A DNA stretch of 64,000 nucleotides, taken from contig NC_134033.1 in assembly GCF_964204645.1 (NCBI RefSeq), positions 13,214,655 to 13,278,654 on the forward strand, read 5' to 3'. Both the position numbers and the translations under genes were made by a program. Origin of the DNA: Tubulanus polymorphus (taxonomy: Eukaryota; Animalia; Nemertea). Shown here in pieces: positions 14,801 to 32,489 of the stretch (the first letter of the stretch is position 1; every line of letters begins with the position of its first letter). Below the pieces are notes generated by a model. It had not been told where the DNA came from. It made no database searches and worked only from the letters and a program-made list of their open reading frames with translations.

Positions 14801-17800
14801 TATAACTTTATCATTCTCATCGATGTCTGAAAACTGTCAAGATGACATCGGTTTAGAAAACATGGTTAAGATAAAGCATTTAAAGCTTGTAATACAAGGA
14901 AATCAACGGAAGGAGCTATTTTACATCATATGAAATGAGTATTTTCTCCTGGATTTTCTAAGGAGTAATAGACACTGCATAGTGAAACTCCTGAGCACTA
15001 ATATGTTGAATACAAACAATTCAAAGATGAAATTATAATGATTTGAATGATTAAGAAGCCCCAGAGTCCATCATCTGATGGTTCAAGTTCAAGTTGATTT
15101 GAAAACTATAACAACTGCGTTTACTTACATCAGAATCAGAACTAACATCCAGCATAGGTATACCATACTCATCATCAACAACAGCTTCTGGATAAACAGG
15201 ACTCGATGAACTTTCTTTCACCGGTAATTCCGAAGACGACGCTTTTCGTTTCGGTTTCTTGGCAGTTTTTTTCATTCCTGATCCGGTTTCTGGTTGTGCT
15301 GAACCTGCTATTTTATTGTTGGTTATGTTATCTTTGGTTTCAGCTGCAAATAGAATATATCACAGATTTGGTATAAAATATAGATAGACTATTCTGATAT
15401 TCGCCAAGACTAACTAGGATCTTAATTAGAAAATAAGTATTTAGAATTTTTTCATTTTCTTATGAATGTTAGGACAACATAGAACAGTATGCAACATGAC
15501 ATAAAGAAACCATGCTAAATTCTACTGTATTCTGGAAAATGGTTTTTTCAAAATGTTCTCGCAGAACCTCCACAATTTTTGGTATTTTTGGGATAGGCTC
15601 CTACAGTCTGAAAAAGGTCTAGAAAATGCATATTATCTAGAAATGAAAAAGCTTGACTCCACACCTGGTTTCACAAAAGAAATTTACCACTGGATCTGAA
15701 CTAAGATTTTGAGTTGGTAGCTGCAACGGGTTACTTACTTTGCTAAGTATGAGCTTGTTAAGCTACTGTTTCATAAAACTCGACGAGAGCCAAAATATGT
15801 CCCTTAATTGAGAAATAGGGCTGTTTTAATATAACTAGTTAGTAAAAGACCTTGAACCAGTTCCATGGTTGTGAGAAATAGATATGAGGCAATGAGAGCA
15901 AAAATATTTGAAAAAGATCTACACAATTACTGTGGAACTAATTCCAGCTTGTATTATAAGGGTAGGATTTCTATTTGATTGATATAGATCAAGAAATTCA
16001 TTAGAAAGTTGATGAAAGGTCTACTGCACCTAGCTATGCCATATGATTTTTTGAAAAACTGTACCTTTGCAGTGCTATACGCATACACCGGATAATTAAA
16101 GAAAAGATTGACATTACTACAATAAGACAATTTTAAGCAAGACGTTATCATGTGCTTGCATTAACAGGATGGCCACTTTCCGTCAATTTGCAAATCCCCT
16201 GAGTTTTCCCTGACTTTTCCATATGATCACGCAAAATTTCCCGAGTGAATCGGACAAATTTCTAGGTTTAAAATGTTACAATCATCCATTTTTCATTGAA
16301 TCACATAATGATAAAAAACACGCGGTCAAAAGCATTACCGGTATCCGAATTCCCTGAATTTTTCAGGATTTTGGTGAAATTTGGCAAATTCCCTTATTTT
16401 TCTATGATTCATTTTAGATTTTTCTGATTCCCTGAGTTTTCCAGTTTGTCCAGGTCAGTGGCTACCCTGTTCAAGAGGTAAAACTTCATAGATGATTAAA
16501 TCGGCGTGCTGAAGTAGTGAAAAGCGAGCGCATTATCAAAATCAGGCTTTTTTTCTACATCGAGGGGAAGCTACGTGAACCTACGCTCTTCATCGTGTTC
16601 GCCGATGTCTCGTTCGTCGGAGTCCGAGTCGGCGTAACTCGACTCGGTCAGCGTGTAACCATCCTCTTCGTCGGGTATCGACGTAAATCCTGAACCTGAG
16701 GGTATTAGTATCAAAACAATGACCAGACCATCACCAGAAAAAAGCAATCCAGCATTTTTCACTTTTTATCCCATATCAGATAACAGGCCATGCATAAATT
16801 AAGAAACGTAACTGCTGCGGGATCATTCATTTATTACGTACGCATTAGGGGAGGGGGGAGGGGTCAGTGCAATTGCGTACTGTAATGCTTGATGTATATG
16901 AAATAAATGGCCGATTTTGCGTACAGAGGGGGAGGGGGGTTGAAAAATTCAAATTTTATGCATACGTAATAAATGAATGATCCCTGCACGTACAGTGCTG
17001 GAACTTTACACACTGCCCCCAATTACAAATATGAATATACTCGTAGGTTGGCACGGGAAGTGTTACTCGAAATTGACCAATCAGCATTGAGCACAAAGCC
17101 GAATTTCTTCACACATTGCCAGCCACAAACAATGTCATTTCCGCGTGCCAGAATCTAAATATCTAATTGAAAAGTAGAAAGAAACAGCTACGAATATATT
17201 CGTAGTGGCACTGGTGATAGAACTGGAAATATGGGTACATGTAACCGGCAGTGAATGTGTTATCCCCTCCTCTTCACATGAACGCTATGGTAAGCATTAT
17301 GTAGATTGGATGCGCACTTTATGAATGACCTGAATCCTATTTCCACCACAAGCGAATTGCGTAACAATTTCTCAATCTAAAATACAGTAGACTTTGCCGT
17401 AATTGTTGTTACAGTCAACTGCAAAAAACTACAATCCACTGAATTCTATTTACAAAGATCACTTCTGACTTTCAATTCATTTGATTTGCTCAATTCCAGT
17501 TATAAAGCAGTCTAGTGTAGGAAACTGACCATTTTCAACGATTAGCCTGGTTAGAAAATGAAATAGTGTACCTATTCTTCCTGTGGATGACTCGGCGGTC
17601 GTTTGACTCGGGGCAGCTACGTTACCGCGAGTTTTCATATCCTCGAGCCAGCTCCATTCCGTCTGAGTTTCTATGGTAACCATTGTGTACTCGATTCCGT
17701 CGATACCGAGTTTTTTCGTCACCGATTTCGCGACTTGTTTCGTCGTGGCCGGACGCGAACTCTCGCTGAATCAGAATCAGAAAATAAAGCTGAATTTCTT

Positions 17801-18737
17801 CGGAACAAAATTTGAATAGGTAATTTTCATACAGAACTTTAACAGTATAAAAACCAACTCACCCATCGATGAAAGAAACAGTTTTTGACGAACGACTACC
17901 CGACGATTTTGCAGATGCGCGACTTTCTGATGTTTTGGGAGCCTTCATCGAAGTATCTACGTTATCAAGTTCGCTAGTTCCTGAAATGGTTTTAAGATGT
18001 ATTCAGGGGCAGAGCTATGAAAATAGCATAGTGGAGGTCCAGGTTTTTGGTAAAATTTGTCAAATTCCCTAAGTTTTTTCTAGATGTTTCTGATTTCTTG
18101 ATTTTTCCAGGTTTTCAAGGTCGGTGGCCGCCATGCACAATCTCATCCACGAATAATACACAATGCTTTAGATTAACCCTTTCAGTGCTGACTAATTAAT
18201 ACCCTATAGTGCTGGAGATAATTTGATAATTTTTAAAAATTCCACCCTAGTGTGTTGAATAAAGGAAATACCACTATAGCGCGTCTATACAACAGCGCAG
18301 TGTATCGTTAGTTACTAGTATTTCACTACGTTTGACAGGTGCTGCCATTTTTTACGACAGATAATTACTAATTACTAATAACATCAATACACCGCACTGC
18401 GGTGTAGACGCACTGAAAGGGTTAAAGGCTAAATCAATTAGGTAATAATCAACCTACCAGTGTCTTCTGCGATGGCGCCGTCGAAACTACGCGAACCAAT
18501 CGGCGGTAAAGGTTTACCCTTCGTGAATGACAGTTCACCGCTTTCGGAAGCGACCGCCTGACGACTGGCTCCGGTCGAATCCGGTTGACTTTTCGAAAAC
18601 GAAGATTTTTCCTCCTCCTGATTGTCTTTCGAGTCGTCCGCAAGCAAACGAACATTTTCGACGGTCAGCTCAGCACTTTCCGGTTGCCGCGCATTACGTT
18701 CATCGTTATCGGTAGATTCGGGCTTTTGATCGTCCAT
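8873..18737 (-). CDS. ERICH6: Glutamate-rich protein 6 (ERICH6/FAM194A)-like, multi-exon
   Basis: ATG at 18737 (MDDQKPES) just after an acceptor at 18759-18760. Acidic low-complexity N-terminal exons. Conserved blocks CHFCSNGVKPFPS...YCCDGYREF, PHAPYGSKQARRAARERA, ARQMKTINYQLSSQKCLEEGWT, and FAM194-like GKKFLTIFPDGSG. Last exon ends GLLPVVRVN* at 8873. Confidence 0.8.
9338..9558. mobile_element. MITE with ~32-bp imperfect TIRs (intronic)
   Basis: GGCTAAACAAAAATGATACCTCGTTTCTCCGC ... GCGGGGAAACAAGGTATCAATTTTTTTTAGCC; internal GCGGCCGGGTC repeats. Confidence 0.7.
10105..10290 (+). mobile_element. Degenerate SINE related to the copy at 32870-33068
   Basis: Shares the core CAGAGTTTC(C)T(C)GGTC-A-GGTTCTTCTCTG--CTCT-CC--C-ATTG-GAAA downstream of a decayed B box. 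Confidence 0.5.
12344..12565. repeat. Degenerate 21-bp minisatellite (GGTTGGAAGGCATTCCAACAT-like), intronic
   Basis: Tandem units are visible directly and explain the spurious periodic ORFs (CLPTMFECLPTMLEC). Confidence 0.75.
12945..13086. mobile_element. Tc1/mariner(pogo)-type MITE remnant
   Basis: TACATTGAAACCTTGTTATAAC ... GAGGTTCCATTGTA ends with TA flanks. Related ends occur at ~7700, ~28870, ~35930 and 50594-50751. Confidence 0.5.
16165..16469. mobile_element. hAT-like MITE (CAGG.TGGCCAC...GTGGCTACCCTG) with internal TTCCCTGA repeats
   Basis: Short TIRs. Partial related copy at ~18040-18135. No intact TSD seen. Confidence 0.55.
16819..16984. mobile_element. PIF/Harbinger-like MITE, copy 1
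   Basis: Perfect 22-bp TIR GGGATCATTCATTTATTACGTA. Second copy at 31465-31626. Confidence 0.8.
18173..18425. mobile_element. piggyBac-like MITE with TTAA TSD, copy 1
   Basis: TTAA-CCCTTTCAGTGC ... GCACTGAAAGGG-TTAA. Highly similar copy at 25393-25686. Confidence 0.85.
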
Positions 18738-19354
18738 TTTGAATATCCTCGACACTTTCTGGAAAAATTATTCAAAATGGGGATGACACAGAGCACGATG
18801 TGCTGACCTGATGCATTTGGTTGTAGTTAGGGTTATAGTTTGGAAAGGTTAAGCGTGTAGGCCTATTTCCTCTTGAGTATTGCTTGGGTGTCAATTATGG
18901 AGAACTTTTCACTGCCAAAAAGGGCACTTTGATGTCGATGAGGCAATAGGCAACTGTGCTAATTTTCTTTGGACACAAAAGGAAAAAAGGGGTATACAAA
19001 AAAATGTGATGGACTTGCTCAAGTCTCACCACAAGTCCCCCTGGATCCGCCCCAGTGAGGTAGGCCTATTTTAATTTCTACACTGTCATTATGAAAATGG
19101 GAATTGGCTTGGATAATTAATAATTAGGTCCTAGCAGCTCCACTAACACTAACAACCAGTGTTTTTGACAGTTCACAATCACACCACCCACCCACAACAT
19201 TAACAACAAACAAATCAATACTAATGTACGCTCTCCTTTACCACTTGGCAAAAAAAATCAAATTCCTTACTACGTAAAATTCCAGTTGTTAGTCGTAGAA
19301 GTTTATAGGTCTACATGGAATTCATCCGATATTCGGAACGGGCTCTATGCGCAG

Positions 19355-19434
19355 TTGTTTACTTAAAAATTAACAACGGGAAAGCGATTTGCTTCTGTCA
19401 CCGCCATATTGTTTACATGTGGTTACCGCGAAAC
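19355..19434 (-). promoter_or_regulatory. Candidate ERICH6 promoter motifs: X-box (RFX)-like GTTACCGCGAAAC plus forkhead TGTTTAC sites
   Basis: GTTACCGCGAAAC at 19422-19434 and TGTTTAC at ~19357 and 19410, upstream of a candidate non-coding exon donor (GTAAGG, ~19270). Confidence 0.35.
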
Positions 19435-19901
19435 CACTAGTTGGTGGCAGCACTTTACGGTTCATCTTATCTGACGGGAATTTTCGACGAAGTATTGTTA
19501 CCTAAAGATGTAAACTGTGACAGGTGGTTTCTCGAGTCACGCGCACCGGAACAAACAAGACGCTCTTTCATGGAATAAACATGAATAAAAATATATTTCG
19601 TGAAGTTAGAAATTGATATCTGAGGTTGTCACGTTTATCGGCCGATCACGTATCGAATAAACACTAAATGAGTCACAAATCGTCTTCTTTTACCGCTACA
19701 TTATATATAAAAGGCGCATTCGAAACAACAATCTGTATTTTTTCCATAAAAAGATTTTGCTGACTAAAAAACACTGTGTATTTTCGTGAATCTATATATC
19801 TTTATTTCTTATCAATCGTGACACTTCCAGTAAATGTCACGATTGTTGACAGTGATAACACGTTGGCAAGACAGTGCGGAATGTCGTTGGACGTTTTCAT
19901 T

Positions 19902-22685
19902 TCACTTGTCTAGACGATGACCCAGTGCCTTACACGCAGCCTGTTTCATCGTGCAGTACCACCTTCCGTTAACGATTCCCCACGTTCGTTTCGCTCGGGA
20001 GAAACGACACTTTCTGAACGTTCTCTCGATATGCGCTCGAGCGTCACGCGCCTTCCAGTCGTTCCAGTAACAAACCATCGCTTCGTTGTTGTAATAGTGA
20101 TTGGAAATGTTGCCCAACAGATCCATACCGAGTCTGATGGCCGCTGAGGCTGCCGTCGCCGCGAGCCTTTTTTGGCGTTGGTCATTGGTTTCTTCTGTAA
20201 TTAGAAATCATCATCACAATATGATTCATTACGAAGCATTTTTTATAATATGCGCAATATTATAACGAAAGGAAAAATTAGACGTTTCATAATCACACTT
20301 CTATAAGTATTTTCATTATAATCATGTATTAAAATGTATCATGTCCGTGTATTCTATGTTGTAGTTATGATTCTCTCGGCGATGTTGTGAGGGATCTGTC
20401 TTTAGGCTGGATCTTCAGTCCTCGTTCTTGACTTTTACAATCTCCAGTATATAACCTTAACGACTTCTTAGATTATCTATTCGTTTATTGTCTCTTTGTA
20501 TACACAATCTCTTTCTGGAGCTCTGTTCTCTCAAACCTCTAAAAACCTCTAAGCTTTTTTAAACCTATAAACGCTCCCTTTTTTATTATTTTCTCTTAAG
20601 TAATGTGTGCAGGCCCTTTTCCACACATGGCTTGGAATTCATGGATTGTGACGTATTCTTACGTCACTTAACATTCCGCCAATCCATGTATGGGTGATGA
20701 CGTATCCGAAACACCGCTGAAGGAAAACGATTGATAGTAAACGAACAACGTGGGGTTAAATGAAACCATAAAAATCAGGTAAATTCATTTGTTTTGCTTC
20801 GAGCAGTTATCGGTTTGAAAAAAATCCAATGGGTCAAATTCTTATCAAAATCAATAGAACCTTATCATAAAATAACTCGACTCTCTGTAGAGAGCTAGAT
20901 TTAGAGCTGGCAACATGAATGAATTAACATTCAGCAACGTCCACCGCTCGTTCCGAAATTTCCATAGTCGTGTCATTTTTGGACCCAAGAGGTTGGCTGA
21001 GGCACTCCGTATATGTAATACTGAGATACCTAGAGATGACCCTCTCAGAGGATTACGGGTGTTGGCGATTGGCGCAGGTCAAGGGCATCTATTAGAAGAT
21101 ACCATGAGTTCAGTTGGCGATGAAATAAACGTAGATTGTTTGGACTGCGTCGAACCGAACAGTGTTATGATGATAGAACTGCAGACTCGTATGAGTTTAC
21201 TCGCTAGTAAGTACAACTTCGAGTATAAACTCTATCAGCAACGGTTTACCAGAGAAAGCGCCGCTTCTTTTTTACCAAATGATTTCTACGATTTGTTGAT
21301 ATTTTCACACGTGTTGTATTATTTCCGCGATCCAGCTCCTGAGTTGCAATTTGGTCTGTATCAACTAACCCACAAAAATGGACGCGCGTTCGTTGTAATG
21401 GACGTTGACAGCATGATAACGACGGTAGCAGAAGACATCCATCGTTCCTTAGGACAACCTGATCGTGGCATTCCTCCGCACGTTAATTACTACATTGGCG
21501 AATATGATATTGAGGGGATTCTAGCCAAGGCTAAGACGAAGACGGTTTTCTTTTCAACAGACCCGGCATCACTGTCTGTTCATCTCGCTCTTCAACCGGC
21601 TCGACCTTGTATTAGTAAAAGCGATGAAGAAATTCGGAAAATAGGCGACGAGCTATTGTCGTTCCTGGCGCAAAGGAACGTAGCGGAATTACCAGAAAAT
21701 TCACGAGTTCAAATACAGGATGTTGTTCGTAAACATACAGCGGACAGTCAGGGGTTTCCAATCATACAGGGTAATTTGAAAAGCTGTTTAGTGATCAGAG
21801 ATGACGGAGACTGAATTGTGTAACGAAATATTGAGATCGTCTTTAAAGCAGCTTCGCCACAGAACTACAAATATTTACTCTAGTGTATTGGATTCTTCTT
21901 CATGTTGCTACATGTTGCCCGGGCATAAATAATCAGCCATGTCTGTCACACCTCATTCATTGTCTTTGTGTCTTTGCCCGACTGTCTCGGTCTTGCTCAA
22001 ACTGCTTTTTATGTCGCACTGTGAAAAACATGCCACAACTCGTCGTCACCCGACAACCTTTTTTAGTTTTGCACTCATCAAATTGTGAGTCATACATGTA
22101 AATTGGAACTGTAAATATAGATTATGTCATATATATGTCATAGCTATAAGCGAGCATACAACACTTGGAGTTCCAAGTTGGAAATAAAACTACGATACGC
22201 TGTAGCAAATCCTCTTGTCTCGCTGCATTTTCCACCCTGTCCTAAGTTTCAGACGACGAACGATCGAAGAAACTCACGCATTGATCGTATTAAACAGAAG
22301 AAAACCCTAAATAAACGCCATCTTGGAAGTGGCCTTCCTCAGACCGTAACTGCCTGGTCAAAGGCATCGATTATACTGGATACCTATTTGCCCTATCTTT
22401 CAATAGCATTTGAAAATACAAACTAAGAATACCAGACATAGTCATTTTATGACCAGAAATATTTAGGAAGTGACTACATTATACAATTATCTGACGGGAT
22501 TGTTCCCGCGGGTAGTTTAATTTCACCAATTAAACGGGCCTAGAGGCCTAAAGGGCCAATATTCTGCTTGCGAAAACCTTTCGAGAGGAAATGAACCAAT
22601 GGAAATTTTGAGCCTTACCCTGCTGGGCGATTACAGCCGCTAAACAAAGCATGAAAATGACCACCAAAGTGACGTTATACTTCAT
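19902..22685 (-). CDS. Secreted prepropeptide, 119 aa (signal peptide + short pro-region + RQKR + 87-aa cationic 4-Cys mature peptide); coding exons 22685..22619 and 20194..19902
   Basis: Exon MKYNVTLVVIFMLCLAAVIAQQ-G|GTAAGG splices in phase 1 to TTACAG|AA GAA ACC, giving EETNDQRQKR-LAATAASAAIRLGMDLLGN...CKALGHRLDK*. Acceptor just upstream of the ATG (22693-22694), candidate 5'UTR exon donor GTTAGT at ~23229, AATAAA at 19801-19806. Confidence 0.8.
20915..21814 (+). CDS. Class I SAM-dependent methyltransferase, histamine N-methyltransferase-like, single coding exon
   Basis: 299-aa ORF with motif I VLAIGAGQG, post-I DCVEPN and motif YDLLIFSHVLYY. Likely 5'UTR intron 20779..20890. Confidence 0.8.
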   Translation: MNELTFSNVHRSFRNFHSRVIFGPKRLAEALRICNTEIPRDDPLRGLRVLAIGAGQGHLLEDTMSSVGDEINVDCLDCVEPNSVMMIELQTRMSLLASKYNFEYKLYQQRFTRESAASFLPNDFYDLLIFSHVLYYFRDPAPELQFGLYQLTHKNGRAFVVMDVDSMITTVAEDIHRSLGQPDRGIPPHVNYYIGEYDIEGILAKAKTKTVFFSTDPASLSVHLALQPARPCISKSDEEIRKIGDELLSFLAQRNVAELPENSRVQIQDVVRKHTADSQGFPIIQGNLKSCLVIRDDGD

Positions 22686-22892
22686 CGTGATTCTGCAAGA
22701 AATAAACATTAACGAACAGTAAAGTAAAAAAGAATCCTATTAAGTGTTTTTAAAATGTACATTATCTCTTTTATTATTATTATTATTATTATTAATCGGA
22801 TTTTCCATGCACACTCTTTTTCTTTCTCTTCTAACACAGACGCGCACGCTCCAAAAAAATACTCGCGAATGCGAGTGTGTTGGAGTATTTAA

Positions 22893-22956
22893 ATGAATGA
22901 ATGAATGAATGAATGAATGAATGAATGAATGAATGAATGAATGAATGAATGAATGA
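22893..22956. repeat. (GAAT)n microsatellite
   Basis: About 16 tandem ATGA/GAAT units; a short (TTA)n lies at ~22771-22794. Confidence 0.95.
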
Positions 22957-23801
22957 AGAAATTCGTGTCGACGTGTTTACAATTTAGAAACAAACGAAAG
23001 CTTTTGCATCCAAAATCACGATCTGATTTAAAGAATCAATGTGAATGAATATCTCGGGTGGTTGCTACCATTCGGTCTGAAGATTAAGGTTGGTAGCAGC
23101 GACCCGAAATATTTCTAATATTTTGAATAAACTTTTTTAGCTATCAATTCATTCATTTATTGTGGGATTTTACTCTAATCAAATTCGTGACGAAAATCTT
23201 AAAAATTTGATACAGAAATATTACTAACCGTTATACAAATTGCAGATCGCTCAGAAGAATTCCCTGTAATTCAATGCGTGCAGCTATTTATTCAAAGCGA
23301 TTCGAAATCTAAATTAAGGGATCTGAATTATTTCTAAACTGATGCTAACGAAAAAAATCTCATTTAGATCCACCCACGTGTGCCAGACAATCAGACTGTC
23401 TTTCGCGGAATTAACACGAATAAAAATACTGTCATCGAGAGAAGGAATTAAATATTTCATGATCCTGGGACCGATATTTAAGGTTTAAAAAAAATCCCTC
23501 GTTAGCCGATAAATCGGCCCGGGGCTTAACTGGATCCCAAAATAGCAGAACCCACTTCATAGCCAGCTGACTAAGAATTAATTCCTATCGTCGATTCTGG
23601 GAACGGTTGTTTTTCAGTCACTAATATGAAACTGTATATATATATACAAGAAAAGATTATTTGTCACCATATTTCTATGGCCTGAATCAGACACGATGTT
23701 TATTTTCCCAGGGCGCCGCACGGTGCTCGCAAAAACGAGAACAATAAAGTACACGTTGAATTGAATTGCAACAAGCCCGCCGTCTCGTGTCGCCCTCTAC
23801 A

Positions 23802-23809
23802 TTTCGCGC
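23802..23809 (+). promoter_or_regulatory. E2F site TTTCGCGC in the MCM7 promoter
   Basis: Canonical E2F motif ~85 bp upstream of the MCM7 ATG. MCM genes are established E2F targets. Confidence 0.6.
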
Positions 23810-23890
23810 GTTTATCCAGATTCATTTCCGGATTCTAAAACTGATTTGTGTTGTTGTTTTTCCATATATTAATTAGACACATCGGCGAAA

Positions 23891-31223
<7,333 letters not shown>

Positions 31224-31464
31224 ACACGTAGGAGACTATGAACTTAACTATGTATATGAGAAAGTGCATTTATTCTTAATTCTTATACCCATTTTTATAA
31301 ATAAAAAGTTTTGATGAATAATACCTAGTGTTGTAGATTTATAAATGGAAGGACTATGACCTAATATATTTAGACAAGGAATTGTATTATGAAGACTAAG
31401 GAAAGGAAGCAGCAAGTAACAGTCAATCCCGCTTCATCATTTTGATCTTATTTGGTCTTACTTA

Positions 31465-31626
31465 GGGATTATTCATTTATTACGTACCGGTATACAAAAG
31501 AATTGAATTTTTTAACCCTCCCTCGTCCCTGTAAGCAAAAACGGCCATTTTGTCATATACAATAAGCATTACAGTATGTAAACTTTTGGCCCTCCCCTAA
31601 TGCGTACGTAATAAATAAATGATTCC
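31465..31626. mobile_element. PIF/Harbinger-like MITE, copy 2 (inverted relative to copy 1), TTA flanks
   Basis: TTA|GGGATTATTCATTTATTACGTA ... TACGTAATAAATAAATGATTCC|TTA. Confidence 0.75.
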
Positions 31627-31707
31627 TTACTTCCTTCACCCTCCACCAGCGTTCTTAATCTCCAATCACATATTCCGATTGCCTGTGATGACAGGAGTCG
31701 CAGACCA

Positions 31708-31866
31708 GGACCCAGTTTCATAGACTGAGTATCAGTTATCCCTAGGGGTAAATCCTCAAACTGGGTGACAGCCACCATAGAAACAATGAGAAATCATGGT
31801 TATAACTGACAAATTTCAAAATGTTCCCAGGGATTATTTTGCTTCCACGTCTATGAAACTCGGCCC
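31708..31866. mobile_element. MITE (GGACCCAGTTTCATAGAC...GTCTATGAAACTCGGCCC)
   Basis: Imperfect 18-bp TIRs. Confidence 0.55.
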
Positions 31867-32489
31867 AGGAGGCTATTTCGCCATCATTCCGTCAAAGCTT
31901 CTGTGGTTAAATGAAACCATGAAATAACCCCCGAGTTAGATGAGCAAGAGACATATACAAGTGAAGAACACATCGGTTTTCTTTATCATATGAATTTTAA
32001 TTCATTTCAATCACTTCTAGGCTTAGCTAGCCCAACTGTAACAATTCATTTGACAAACGTCGAGTTTACATTTTCTTATAACAATAACCTCAAGGAGTAC
32101 AAGCTGCTGGCTGTTAACTGAAGATTCCTTATTGCTTTACGAATCATGAGTAAGTCAAGATTCTAGGTCGTAACGGTAGTAGATATCAAATATAAAGTTT
32201 AAGCTATCAAAGCTAGGACAACATAATATCATTATCACCGAGATATTGTAGCGACTTCAGCAACACATTTTCTGACTTCAAACTAACATTTGTCTGTAGA
32301 CTAGGATATTTAGATACACGTTGAATAAACGAAGTATCGATGAAAAAGCAGTGTAAAATGACGCAAGAATATGGAGCCAAAATGATACACCATTCTCCGC
32401 GTATAACACGAGAGAATCAAGCGTTCAGCAGTGATGAGATACATTTAAGCGTATGATTTAATACCAGAGCTTATAATGTTTATGATAAA

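Noticed and set aside
19902-20194. Big defensin or actinoporin assignment for the secreted peptide
   Set aside because: It has 4 Cys rather than the 6-Cys beta-defensin pattern and is far shorter than an actinoporin. Only the precursor logic is similar.
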